From NCBI GenBank assembly GCA_964057225.1, contig OZ059896.1, positions 9,982,001 to 10,046,000 on the forward strand: a stretch of DNA of 64,000 nucleotides, written 5' to 3'. Origin of the DNA: Auanema rhodensis. Its lineage: Eukaryota > Animalia > Nematoda. The number at the start of each line of letters is the position of its first letter. Positions within the stretch are counted from its first letter, which is position 1. Below the pieces are notes generated by a model, which saw nothing but the letters and a program-made list of their open reading frames with translations, did no database searches and was not told the DNA's origin. A program made the translations under genes and the position numbers. Of the stretch, positions 1-16,500 are shown in pieces.

Positions 1-295
1 TCAAATGGTTATGGTTGCTACAATTTCTCGAGCTTCGCGATCTTATGCTATTGGCCTTCGTAATGCTGACATTGAACTTGCGTGGGCGACTGCCATTTGC
101 ACAAGGTAAGTTCATGAGTCAATGTGAGATATTTATATTATTTCTAGGCTTTCGAGAGCTAATTGGTTTGAGCTAGAAGCAATGTCTGATTATTTCGGTC
201 TTGTTAGATTCAATCCTTCCTTATTGAATGCTGGTCGAGCTATTTTTGATCTGGGAGGATATCAAATTGAATCCCCAACTCAGAGAAACTGGTAA
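1..295 (+). CDS. 3' end (last two exons) of an ACAD9/VLCAD-like acyl-CoA dehydrogenase; 5' part lies outside the window
   Basis: Spliced translation ..MVMVATISRASRSYAIGLRNADIELAWATAICTR|LSRANWFELE..GGYQIESPTQRNW*. SRASRS-x-x-GLRN resembles the ACAD9/VLCAD C-terminal helix. GT-AG intron ~106-148, TAA at 293-295. Confidence 0.8.
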
Positions 296-422
296 AAAAA
301 TTTGGAAAATAGAGAATAATAAATGTTTTATATTATAAGTATTACTTTATAACGGCAGGTGTTTAGTTCGCTCTCATATTTTGCATGTTTATTTAAAATT
401 CATTTCCCTGATTGTGATATAG

Positions 423-1402
423 ATGGGTGATTCTTCGCGTATTATAACGGCTCAACAAGCGAAAGAATCAATGAAGCAAATGAGGAAAATGACGAATGTT
501 TGCCTTTTTCTCAGTCATTTTGTCTAAATTCATTACTAGGTTATGTCCAGCTCTTCAAAGATGTTAAAAGACATGTTCAGTGAACTCAACAGTAGTACTG
601 ATATCTTGAAAAGTTTGCGCAATGGTCATTCATTTTAAGTTACTGGTTTTAGAAGAGGAAGATGAGGATTCAGATTTTTCTAACAGTTTAATCAATGAAC
701 TTTCTAACAAGGTTATTTGTTGTTTGTTTGACATGAAGATATCAAAGTTTTTTACAGTCTATTGATCGGGAAATTAATGAAATGATCAAAAAGAAACGGA
801 GTAAGAGAGATGTAAGTGTTCGGTTAGCCTCTTTATATTCAGAATTTGAATAGTTGTTTTTAAGAGTTCCCGTGAAGTAGACAGAAAATGTATTAGCCGG
901 CCTGATATGTCGACATTAATGCTATATCTTGCAAAAAAAAGTGGCGATGAAGCCAGTGCGTCGATCATTGTGAAACGCCATTCAAAAACAGAAAAGTTTG
1001 TAAAAAAGTCAGTTTTGGTTTTTGTTGACAATTGTGAATTAAGTACTGTTATAGAATTAGGCAACTATCGAGCTGTGATTCAACAGATGAAAATATAGGA
1101 AAAGCGTTTATTAGCAAGGTTAAACGTTTCGTGCAAAAACCAGAGTTGTTTCTGAAAAAAAAATGTGCTTTGGATCTGACCGCGGAAGGTATTTTTTATT
1201 ATTAGTAGTTTACTTTATAATACTCTTTATAGAAATTTTCCGGATTCTTTACAATGTTCTTACTAAATATAATGAAACGGAGTATAAGCCATGTTTGTTA
1301 AGAAGCGCTCATGTTCTTAAAGAAACAAATATCTTGCTGTCACGTGTGCGGCATTCGTGGAATGCACCTCCTCAATTTTTAAGATATTTGGAAAGAGTAT
1401 GA
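423..1402 (+). CDS. Hypothetical multi-exon protein (~235 aa), probable downstream operon gene
   Basis: ATG directly follows an AG acceptor. Phase-compatible short GT-AG introns give MGDSSRIITAQQAKESMKQMRK...EIFRILYNVLTKY...FLRYLERV*. No recognised domain. Confidence 0.65.
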
Positions 1403-1705
1403 AACTAATTTATAATTGATTGTTTTATAATTGATGTAATTCTCTGTTTATGGGAATTTTTCTTTTTTTGTATCATCGTATTTTTATACGATTACTTTTA
1501 TAGCTCATCGGGTATTCACATATTTTTCAATTTTATATTCATATATCGGTTATTGAGTATATATAAAATGTTGAACTTGAACAACGACTTTTACGATATA
1601 AGAATGACGTGCTTGAAGATAGGTCACCTTTTACACTTCATTGAAAAAAGTGGATTGCTAGCTGATCGTCTTTCGCTAACGCTAGAAGTCGCTTAAAGTT
1701 CCCTA

Positions 1706-2551
1706 ATGTGGTTGCCAACATTATTAATTTTGATTTTCTATAATAATTTTACAGCTGCCAGAGGTTAGTTTTCTATATTTAAACCTCGACTACTTCATCT
1801 GATAGAAATTATATGTATATATATTGAAAGTTTTTGAAATTAATTCTAAAAATCGATTAAAATCTGAGACCTATTGGACTTAAAATAATCAATGACTGCC
1901 AGTTTTCTACGTTTGGGCTCTTACTGGTTTCAGGTCCACCGGCTATTAATGTTCCTATTAGCAATAACAATGATCCTGTGAGTTTTTCCTAAATTTGAAA
2001 ATTAGACAATAAAATAATATTAATTTTTAAAAATATGGAAAATATAACTCATTTTAGCCTGCTCCTAAAAATGTGATTGTCCCACCTCCAACACAATTCC
2101 CAAGTATTCCATCCTCTGTTCCTTCATCGAGAGCTCAGCCCAGTGAGATACAATCTATATATTTCAATTTTAAATATTTTCTCAGATAATTGGCCAAGTT
2201 CTCCCAACACTCCGAATAATCCCGAAGGTTTTTAAAAAATAGAAATCAAAATAATCTTGTTTATATTCAGGAGTCAACAGTAATAAAGAATTTGCCCCGA
2301 TGGGTGAACAACGCAACTGGCAAGATGGATCATTTGGTTAGCTGTTCATACTGATACGCTAGGGATAGAATAACATTCTATGTTTAGATGATAACAATCA
2401 GAATGAAGACTTCCGTAATTTTGAAAGAGGGTGGGATTCGTCAGGATGGGATCAGCCATTTCATCATCACCGTCATCATCATCATTGGAGACCTTGGGCT
2501 TTTGGTCCACCTCCTCCACCTCCTCCACCACCTATGGGATGGTGGCCTTGA
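1706..2551 (+). CDS. Small secreted Pro-rich protein with His/Trp-rich C-terminus (6 exons, ~150 aa)
   Basis: Signal-like MWLPTLLILIFYNNFTAARG. Five phase-consistent GT-AG introns. Ends GWDQPFHHHRHHHHWRPWAFGPPPPPPPPPMGWWP*. Confidence 0.8.
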
Positions 2552-3064
2552 ATCTCATAATCGAAGCGCGTGTAGTTCTCAAGCTGTAATTGAACATTCC
2601 ATTTTATAAATGAAGCATTGTATGCACTGTTTGCAATGCTACTAATCAGATACATCAAAAGAATTCATAAATATATATACATTGCTTTAGAAAAATAAAT
2701 TATTTTTGACATCTATTTTCAATATAGCATAAGAAAAAGCGATCAATTATGACATGTAGTAAAATACTTAATACTGAAAGTTATTAATATCTTTAATATT
2801 TGAGAATCATTCTTCAAAGTTACCTAAATGTTTTTTCGTGTGACTTTCATTAGATAATTGCTAGTTATCAGCGTTTCAGCCTATTATGAATATACTGAGA
2901 ATAAATTGAAATCAAGTATAATTTCCCACTTTTAAGTCATAAATCAAAGTTACATGAACAAATATACACATCGACATACACATATGTATATGGGATTATG
3001 TATACTTATGTATAGCCATATATTAATTTTCATAAGTAAGCTTCAATGAACAATTAATACACCT

Positions 3065-3106
3065 ATATATATATATATATATATCTCCTTGTATATCATA
3101 TTATAT

Positions 3107-3175
<69 letters not shown>

Positions 3176-3195
3176 CATATGTATATACATGTATA
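3065..3195. repeat. (AT)n microsatellite cluster
   Basis: Long TATATA runs seen directly. Confidence 0.95.
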
Positions 3196-3873
3196 TTCCT
3201 ATCTTCATGTTATTTGTGTCTAGTGTAAAAATGCAGCTCGATATATGCAGAAATCATTTCTAAAAAATAAAAAGCAGAATAAAGCTTAGTATTATCAGTT
3301 CGACTATCTATTATATACTATATAGTTAAATATTTTTTCTTTTATCACGATATATTTTCCGTTTGTTTTTATATTTTCTCTTAACTGTTGATAGGTTTTC
3401 AAGCAATTAGTTCCATGAGACTATTTCCCAATATTTTCACTAAAACATGCTGATATGTTTTGCATTTGTTTACTTTTACACGAAATAGTCCAGATGTTTT
3501 GTTTCCAGATGTATATTACTACTTATATTTTCTAATGCTTCCTAATATTACTTAATCTTATATGTATGCCTTTCTGAAAATGTTTCTTTTAATTTTACCA
3601 TATACGTTTTAAATATACATTAACAAAGAACAACTACAAAATGAGCAGGTGTTAATTAGACCTGCTTCAAGGTAGCCAAGCAACGTATTTGGTCCTAGAA
3701 AACTTTTTAGATAGATATCTATCACATTAATAGATTGAACAGCTTAACTAAATATTTCTTCCCTATTCTTACCTAATTGCTAATCCTCTTTCTGACCACA
3801 AAACAAACTATTCATTTTAATAAACTTTGTTATGGTATAATTTATATACTATAAAATCTTGTACTTGTTCAAC

Positions 3874-5874
3874 ATGAGTTACAATGAATCTATACAGTAC
3901 ACCGCTTGGGGTTTGGCAGCAATGGATATTTTACCTTATGAGGATTGGTCTACAGTGGATCTGAGTAAACCACGAACGCATATTTTTCAAGGGGGTGAGG
4001 TGTATTTCTTGACTATATTCTATAATTAATCTCATCAACTTGAAAAAGTTTATTATCTGTTTCATTTATAGGAGGTTATTGGAATTCAATTCTTTTGGTT
4101 TCAACTGCTGCTTTATTAATTTATATCATTATTTTGTGCACAGTTATTAGAGAACATAATACAAGAAATTTTGTTGTAATACTTATATTACCGATTGCTC
4201 TTAATTTAATACCACGTTCAATAAAAAATATTTATCTTATATGTCAGCCATGGCCAGATGCCTTTTGGTTAGTTTAATTAAATTAGTCTTGTTGTTTTTT
4301 TAATTTTGCACCACTGATTGAACTAAATTATTTTATTTTGAACATAAGTTCTCTTGTGTTCATTACAGTACACTACAATAAAACGAAAAACTAAACAAGT
4401 CTTTGTATACTAGAAATATTTTAAAATTATCGAGTTTTCCTAAATAAAAACGAAATAAAATAACTTATTAACGTATTAGAAGAATAGTATTCCTATTTTT
4501 CAGTCTCTATGTCTTAACTGCAATAGAATTAACTTTATGTTTAATGTCTCATATCAATATTGTTTCTTCAATTTTCAGTTATACTGCACTATTATTAATA
4601 AATATATCAAAAACCGAACCAAAAGCGTTATGGTATGTCACAAGAAAATATATGTTTTGATAACTTTTGAATATTTTTTGTTTCAGGACTCCGTATATTT
4701 TGAATTTATCTGTCTCTGTTATAGTTTCAATTTTATATTTCAATTTCAATAGAATTCTTGTATCTATACCTTTTTATTTATATTTTACTACAATGTGGAT
4801 ATTCAACTTTTTGAATCTAATAATGCTCTTCCTTTTTGTAAGTTACTATCACGGTTACGGTTATATTTTAAGATCTTTAGATACCTATTGCTCTTTTGAG
4901 CTGTGATACAAACAAAAATTCTGAAATCAAGCAACGATTGATATGGATATACCCATTTGTTTTCATTGCAATTATTCCATATTCGTACAACACAGGTTAG
5001 CTATACTTCAGTTGAGACGAAAAGAAGTTTTGACTATAATATCACATGATGTATTCAGTTAAACAACTTAATTATTTATTGGTTCTCGTGAAATGTTTAA
5101 AAATCGTAAATTAATTGCTTTCGATCTCTTATGAACTTTGATTTTTGAAATATTTTTTCTCTTTTTTTCAGCTCTAATTGTCATAGATTTCCTGTTCGCA
5201 GTTTTCAAAACTTATGCTGATAACCCGGGTGGATATGTTGAAGCAATGAAATACAGATCCTTAGCATTTGGCTTACAGCCGTTATTTGTTATGGTCGCTA
5301 TATTAATAATGATACCGTGTATCCGAGAAAAATTGTTATTTTGTTTGCGAAGAACTAAAAATATGGATGTTCAGGTGGAACCTGCAAATACAAGTACTAT
5401 TTGTTTCGAAAAACATAATACAATATTTAATAAGTTTCAGGTATTCAAAATTTTGTCAAACATTCACCAGAACATATCCACAAAGTGGTGGTAAGCTTTT
5501 TAATTTATAAGTTAGAATTATCATTATGTGTATATACATACATATATGTAGGTGCCAGAACATTCATTAAAATTTGTTTGTTATATAAACCCGTGTATAT
5601 TCAGATTCCTGATAATAACATTGGTCAATTGAATCCCCTTTTTTTCCCTGGATCTATTTCTTCGGATACGAACAAAACTGTTATAGCTGGTGCTCTTCAC
5701 CGGCTTGATCCTGATATATACCCTGGTGCATCACCAAAACCTCTAAGGTAATATAAATGCATTTCATTTTGAAAAACAAATTGAAAAAAAAATTTCAGCC
5801 CTTTGGACTCTGCCGGATCAGTAACAGTAATCATAACTCCTAAACCTCCAGGTCGTTTCATGATCAGAAGATAA
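3874..5874 (+). CDS. Divergent multi-pass membrane protein, serpentine GPCR-like, with Pro-rich cytoplasmic tail
   Basis: Spliced model MSYNESIQY...ILLVSTAALLIYIIILCTVI...LQPLFVMVAILIMIPCIREKLLFC...TPKPPGRFMIRR*. Six to seven hydrophobic segments; the last TM is followed by a P-x-x-R-E-K helix. Confidence 0.6.
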
Positions 5875-7014
5875 ATAATTGATTCAGTGTGAATTTATGT
5901 TATAAGCAGATAAATGTTAAATATATAAATCTTCTTTTATTCTTACACGATAATCTTGATTAGTTGTCTCCTAATCAATCTAATGAGAGTATAAGAAATT
6001 CTTCTCATTCATGCTCATTTTATAACCTAATTTTCTTATTTCTTCTTCTAATATAGCATCTTCATTCACAGCGTTCTCAAGTACCTATTATACAGTTTTA
6101 ATTGAGTAGTTTCATTAAGTTTCATAATTTACTCACAGTAAATTCTTTTTCCTGAAGTAAAAGCTTTTGTTTTGAGTTGTAACCAAAAGAAGAATTAGCA
6201 AAAAAATTCAAAATTCGCATTTTTTCATGATGAGCGCTAAAAAGTTCATCGTACACTGGATCAGCATGAAATATCTAAACATTTGCTTTTTTTTTCAATT
6301 ATACCTTTATACTAACATTATTGTTGTGATATAATTTCTCTACGTTGGCTAAAAGTGAACATCAATGTTTTAAATGAACACGTAATACCTACTGTAACCA
6401 GAAAATATATAATTTTGTTGGCTTACTTCCTCAGTCTCAAAGTCTACTATTTCTGAATAATTTATTATCTCTGCTGTAGAACAGCTCATCATATCAAAAC
6501 TTATATAACTTTCCATTTTAAACAATAATGGTCTGTAACTCTTTAGATAAGTGCCAAAATTCATATTACATTACCTATTAAAAACCTCTGGAAGTATATT
6601 TTCTCGATTAAATATTAAAAATTTAGAAACTACACGTAACTCACGTGATTTGTTAATATTTGCATAAATTTGCATTTTTTTAAATTTCAATTAAAAGATC
6701 GAAGTTATTACAAATCTGTGTAGTGAATTAATTCTTAAAGTAGTTTTAAGAAATTATCGTTGCAGGTAAAAAGTACATAAGAGTACTTTCATACGGTAGA
6801 TTGAACTTTTTTCGTTTGAACTAAAATATTTCCTCATACTACGTACAACTGCCACCCTTGCAATAGTTCTTTTTAGGATCGTTCTACGTTTTCTTCATAT
6901 TTAGTAGAGTTTTATGAAATTTTAAATATCTTTTTTGAAATTGATAAATCTTTCTAATCAACAGGTTTATTATTAATTTGTTGTTTTACAGGTAATCACA
7001 GCAAGACATTAACA

Positions 7015-9122
<2,108 letters not shown>

Positions 9123-12100
9123 ATATAGCTTTTAATTTTTTTGTTCGGTCGCCGGTTTGATTTGTTTTCATTTTTATCACTTTATTTAAGTCTTGTTGAT
9201 GCTTTTTAATAAAATTTTAATAACGTACATGACAATTGGTTTAAATTATCAACAATGGTTCCAATTTATCGCGCTTTCCTTATATAAAAGAGTACTTATT
9301 TTAACGACTAATGACCTCGTAGTAAATAGAAAAGTACCAGAAGAGAGGGAACGTAATTCTGATTGAGACCAGAATTCTATAATCAACGGTTCAGTGGACT
9401 ATCTCTTTGTAGACTACGAAGGGACTAACTACTCTGGTTCGTCGATCACTCCACACCCACCTTTCTCATTCTCTTTCACTGTCTCGCTTTTATTCTATCT
9501 CCCCACACCTTCATCCTTCTTTCTTTATAGTATCTATGCATATCTCATTATGTCTCTTATTGTCCATGCAATAAGCGATTATCTCTCATCTTTCCCTCGA
9601 CCTCTAAATCTCTAATTCTGTATCTTCAATGTCTATTTTCATCTCTTTCACCTCATTTAGTGTGTCGACGCGAAGACCACGGCGACGTACATTTCACCAA
9701 TATTCTCGTTCCTCAGTACTACGCGAGCGAGGTGACATTGAACAAACAACCTGTAGATAGTTGAGCAATATAAGGCTGTAAGCTTTACCTCAACAGCAGA
9801 CGCATCATATTCGTTTGGTTGTTCTAAGACAACAGCAGTATCTTGTATAGTTCATGTTCTGTAGTGTTTTATGCATATTCAAAACTTTATTCGGCACTTT
9901 GTTATTTCTAAACAATTCAGATAAAATGCTCTATTCCTTATAATTAATCTCTATGCCGAGCAAACATGTTCTGATTCGCCATTTTTTCATGATCCTTTAT
10001 TTATGATTGTTCAAATCGTTCATATACGTTTGTGACTCAACTAACCTTATTCACTCTTTGCGCTTACGAGAACGAAAAAGAACTTTTCGCAGCAATTTGT
10101 TGGCTAAAGTTTTCTTTCAATATAATGTTGGTATATTTCGTAGAATTTTTCATCGACGTTACTTATTTTCTGGTCTATATGAGTCTAATATAAACATGAA
10201 AATGGAAAACCATGTCAATGTTCGAAAGAAAACTTTGAATTAAAACCACAAAACAGTTTTTTTACTTGATAAATAATATATTAGCATAGGCAAGCAAGCA
10301 GATGTTTGGTTATGTTTTGAAGATACAAACATCTTATCAAAGGTGATGATGGAGCGCAACACTTAATAGAGAAATTTGATGAATCATATATCAGTATTCT
10401 ATTTTATATTAAATCATACCAATCTAATTTTAAATAAAAGCTAGAAATTTACAAATATTCCTGGATATTTTCCATATAATTTCGTTGGCAATTATAGTTT
10501 TTGTAATATACGAGTTTCTTTCTGTATATGTAATTTTTCTATTAATTCTATAACGTATTTATTATATTTAGATAATTAAAAATACAAAAAAAAAATTCTA
10601 TTTTAATGATAAAAAGTTGAAAAAGGAACATGCTATCTATGGAAATTCTTATTTCTTTCAAACTTATTGATCGATTTCCTATAACAGTAGTGAATGAGGA
10701 AAATAAATGATCAAAATGTTTTATGAAGATTGATTTAACCTCAAGAATATTCCAAAAAACATCACAGAAACTTTTTCTCTATAAGTTTTATTGTATTATC
10801 TCCAGTTTTCTTATTAACTGAAAGTTTATATTCCTATATATTATACTACATATTATAAGATGATTCAATTTTATGTTGTTTGTTTATCTCTTCAGTGTAT
10901 TGTTTCTTCATTCATTCGATTCTTGTGCTTGCTAACCCAGATACGAGCTTAGCTAAAGTATCAGAAGTTACACCCTTTAGAATATGTTCTACATGCTTTT
11001 GTAAAACAGAGAAACATTTAACCAAGAGAATTATCATCGATTAGTTGTTTTATATTCCAAGTTTCCAAATCTGTTCTTTTCATCAATATACATGTTTCAA
11101 TAATAATAAAATGAAAGTCATTCTATATTTCTCATTGATTTTTTTGGTTGATTGAAAAAGAAAAATATGAATTAATATGTGTTCAAAGTATTTTATTTGC
11201 TCCGGATGTGCTTAAGATGATATGTAGGCTAAAAATTGTTCATTCTTTAATTAAAGTTATATCCATACTTAACTTAGATTTTTTTTCTGTTTACCCTTTT
11301 TATTAAAACAAATAATAATTATCAAATATATGTATATATATATATATATATTTATTTATATATATTAATATATAACCATTTATAAAGAACAGTCATACTG
11401 ATTGAATGTATCTGCAATTACCTTCACGATTTTTCAACGTTTTTGTATCCATATGAGCAATCTATTCTTATCATTTCTCATCAGACATATAGATTGTACA
11501 TCACTAACTGCGACCCAAATACAACACAATTTTCTGTCATTATTAAATAAACATAATGCAAGAAGGTATCTTTTTTTTTAAAAAATTAATTTCTCTTTCA
11601 AACATTAATTTAAGGCTTTTGCATAAACATAATGATAAAACGATTACATCTTTTTGTTGTTAGAGTTACAACTCTTTTTAATTGTTTCTGTTATTGTAGA
11701 TCAACGTTGTTCAATCCTTTTTTCTATTCCATTTTTTGAGTTTTTTTTTTCATTTGAAGTTGAAATATTTTTTTCGTTAAAGAGACTCTTCATCATTTTG
11801 ATAATTGAATCATTCTTTAAGTGTATGAATGACCTCGTCGTCATGTGCATTCTTCTAAAGTTGAAAAATATAAATTACTTGTTTTTTTCTCATTTAATCT
11901 AAATATATTATAATTAATTTTTTAAAAAAATTTAATTTAAGCAATGCAAATATGTATATATTTATATTTCACCAATATTTCATCAATATTATTCTCATAT
12001 TTTCTTTATAATATTTCATCAATTCAACTTCTTTTCTAATCATATAGCAAATAAAAACAATTTTCTAAAATATTCTTCTCTGTGCATTAATAAAATATTA

Positions 12101-13521
12101 TTTCATGAGGTATTGTATAAAATATTGCAAGACTCGTCTTAGGCGATCAGGCATCTCTTCAGCAATCAACGGCGGCATATGGATCTCTGGTCATCGTTCA
12201 TCTTGTAAATCCTTAGAATCACCACGTTTGGACCGTTCCAATCAGACCACACACGGAATGCCGACACTGATGGGCGGAGACCAATCGATTCGGTCTCTTG
12301 TCGTCATCTTCGACGTTGTCGTCGTAGATGTCCCAGTCATCTCCGTCGTGGACAGGTTGAAGAGAGTCTGACCTTTCTGTTCTTGCCTTTATCCTTGCTA
12401 TATTCAACTGAATTTTACCTCGTTTTCGATTCATAATGATTAACATTGCAACCAAATGTTGCGTTTTATAGTGAAACTAGAACCGTTTTTGGATATTGTT
12501 AGTATGAAGGTCTTGGATTGTTGACCTTTTTACATTATCGAAGACATGTTTGCATTTCGTTTTTCTGATTCTTTTACACATTCAGCAGAAATAATTGTTT
12601 GATATCTCGTATTGCTTGGGCAGTTCGATTGTATAATTTTGCGTTGTTCTTCTGGAAAATTCCAGTTTTGTATCAGAAACTAGGAAACTTTGTTACAGAG
12701 AATATGATTATCCGCTGTATAAAGACATAAGTTAAGAAGTAAACTTTTTTGTTATCAATCTAGTGAAGTTTATCTTCGTTCGTTAGTTAAAATCCTGTAT
12801 CGAATTTCTGTTCTCCTGCTAAAACACTTTACGTTTTGCTTGTCCTTCTTGTACAAACATCCTATTTTTATTCTTGATATTCGTTCTCATTCACTGTTTT
12901 TATCCTAAAATTAAAAAAAAGATAAAGATAGAAATATGAGAAATAGGGATAGTTTCGCTTCTGTCTTGGCTTATGTTGGTCTAAAATAGTTGCAGCAAAA
13001 GAAATAAAAGAAGAAAAGTGAAACGGCTATTGAAAACATTTTATTCTGTATTGCCACTCTTACCTTGAATCTATTAGCTAGAAATAACATCTCAAATTTA
13101 ACAATCATATTGATCTAACAGTTAGTTAATTCAATTTATTCAAAAAAAATAAGATAACCTCTTCTAGAATTCATAAAATATCATTTATATAAGATTGTTT
13201 CTATTCAATACTGTTGAAAGAATCAACGTCTTCAATACCAAACGGATGATTATTGCCTGTCGTGTAGCCAGTCTTGTCTTCAGTGTTCTTCACGTATTGT
13301 CAATCTTTATTTCATATATCTTGAAGTACCTCAAATCATTCAATATTTGATTTTGAGCCATTAACGCTCCGATTCTATTTTTTGTTCAATGTTATTAACA
13401 ATTCAGTGAAAATAAGTTTATTATACAATGTGTTATATTACTATATGAAAATTCATTGATTATCTTTATTTTATACAAAATATTTGAATGTATTTTTATC
13501 TTTCTATTTAGATTTATTCGG

Positions 13522-16500
13522 ATGTCGGATGAGGTTGCCTTTGTGGCGATCACATCAAGAATAGAGGATGACCAACCTGGTACTTCACAGCATCATCATG
13601 AATCTTCCAAAGTTTGTTTGCCTGTAATTTCAATTTGATCATATGTTTTCTAGATCAGTGATGTGAATGCTAACGAATTAGAGGATGAGATTCGTGATTT
13701 GGAAGTTCGACTCAAGCAAGAAAAAGAAGAAAAGAAAAAAATACAAATAGAAATGCAGGTAATATTTAAGATTTTAGTAAGTATATATTATATGGATTCC
13801 AACATAGGATGAAATGGATAAAGAAATTCGAGCTGCTGAGGAGAAATGGATGGAACGGGCCCGACAGGCTATGCAAGTATATTTAGAGATTTCAATATAA
13901 AAAAATATATCTTGCTTTGATAGGAAAGAGATTCGTTAGCAGCAAGAACTCAACAGATGGAAGAACAACTTGATGCTATTAGGATTGATGTCAATCGGTA
14001 AGATGGCTTTCATGTTCATATTTGTCAATTTCATATTCTTAACCTTTCTATTTAAATTTATAAAATTATTTTCAGTGCTGTAGCATATCGTTTGGAGATG
14101 GAAGAATCACGTAATCGAATTAAACTACAGCTAGATACAGTGCAAAGAGATTACGAAGAGACAATGCTCGAACGTAGTTCAGGTTTGAGCATATGCTATG
14201 TAAGTAAAATATTTTATACTGTATGGTTGTAGTTTTGGAAGAAAATCAACGATTGTCTGAAGAAAGAGACAACTTGAGGCAGACTGTACACGAACTCAAT
14301 CGAACATTAAATGAGATCGCAAATCGTCAAGAAAGTGACGAAGTTCAAAATTTAAGTACTAAGTTAGAACATACTCGACGACTTCTGCAATGTAATGAAT
14401 TTCATTCTATTATTCAATAACTAACACAAAAATTTAAGTAAATATGGAAGAAACAGCTGCAGCCAATAAGCGAAGTACAGAAGCAATGGAGAGATTAAGC
14501 AATTTAAGACATCAGGTTTTTCAAATAAATATGAAGAAAAATATTTTTCTAACAATTTACAGGTTGAACGAATAACTGACGAACGTGATCTTGCGTTGAA
14601 GAAGTTGCGAGAGGCTTATTTACAACGAGAACCGATAGTTGATGTATGGAATACTCATACTGTGGAAGTGGCATTGGTTCGTAAAGCATGCTAAAACTTG
14701 AAAGCAAAACTTGAAGACTATCTTTTATTCTTTATAAAACGCTGATATTAATTAATTTTAGTCATTTCCGAAACCAAATCTTGGAATTGTTTTGAGTGGT
14801 GGACGAACAGATGATCGTTTTGCTATACATTCGCCTATATATGTAAAAGATGTGTTGATTGGTTCTCCACTAGAAAATATGCTCAAGTATCAAAGACAAA
14901 GCATGAAATAAAACTTTAAACTATATTATAGACGACTAGATCATATTCTGATTGTCAATGATATTGATGTTACGGATATGGATCAAAGAAGTGTTATTGA
15001 TATTTTAAAAAATAGTCATCATTTGAAAATGGTAATACGTCGACGTGCTAATGCCAATAAAATTCATGAAATCACTTTAGGAAATTCATCAGGTACTGTA
15101 TAAAACATTCTTTTTATTTATTTTAATAATATTCGTATTTGAGACATTGGAATTGAGCTTGGAAATGGAGTATTTGTAAATGTTGTTGATCCAGATTTAT
15201 CAGCTAATCGAGCTGGAATTGAACCAGGAAACAGAGTTGTTCATATTAATCATGTTCCTGTGTATGATGCAAAACACGCAGAACAATTAATCAAATGTAA
15301 TTCAAATTAAATTAAAAACAAATATTAATGAAAAAATTATTTTTAAGATTCAAATAGTCAAGTGGTTATGGGTGTTCTAGATGGTAAAAAACGTCAAGAA
15401 CCTGTATTTCCAAAAGATATACATCAGTCAAAGCAACGAACAATATTTTCAAAGGTATGTTATATTTGTTATATTATATGTATGTTATGATTATCTTAGT
15501 GGTTTGGAAGACATAATACGGAAAAGCCTCGTAATGTTGTGGCAAAAGCTAACATTGATACAAATCAGACAGATCATGTTGCCTTCTATCGTCAAGGTTC
15601 CTTAAGAATTCCAACTCCTCAACATGTCAACAGTGAGTTAGTTCGTTATGGATCTTTGAGGTATTATAATGCTAAAATTGTCATCAGTTTAATGAAAATA
15701 TTTAAGAGCTCCTCCAGGTGCTGATAATTCTAGACTCTCCGAAAAACTTGGAGAATATTTGAGTAAAACACATTCTAAGTAAGTTTTTTCTATGATTTAT
15801 TAGTATTATTAGTTATATCTATGAATATGAGATGATTATTTTTATATAACCTCTTTAACATATAGTTATTACAAACAATATTTCAGCCGTTTATCGTTGA
15901 TGTCGGATGGAACTGGACGTACATGGCCGAAGTCTGTTCCTGAAGATGAACCTCTGCTACCTCGTCGACGCTTAAATCGTCCTTCAGTCTTTCCAGTTTT
16001 TGGCAACACTAATTCTTCAACTAATGCAGGGTAATTCAGTTTAATTTTAAATTTATTGAATAATTAAATAATTTGTCTTTGACTTCTTCTATTATATGGT
16101 CAAATGCTTTCTTTAACTTCTTTATACTTTCAGTGCTTTACGGCAGTCTGCTGATCTATCAGTGGCGAATCGTTGCCATGCATGTCCATCTCCATCAGTG
16201 CCGCCTTGGTCTCCTCGCCAACCTCGACAGAATGCTGTTCATGCTCCTAACAGCCAGCAACAGCTTCTACTTCATGCACCATCAGTAGAAGGACGTATTG
16301 TTACATCCCCTGTTACTAGTCAACAACATGTTGCTTTCTCCCAAAGAGCAGATAACCGTGTATCATGCTATAGGTATCAAAAATGTAATTTGTATAATAC
16401 ATATGAGAATTCCAGTCCTGCTTTACCACAGCCACCTCCTTATCCTGGTCCACGTGAAGATTCTATGTCATCTATTATGTCTTCAACAAATTCACTTCCT

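Noticed and set aside
6370-6564. 64-aa minus-strand ORF upstream of sars-1
   Set aside because: No recognisable homology or splice context.
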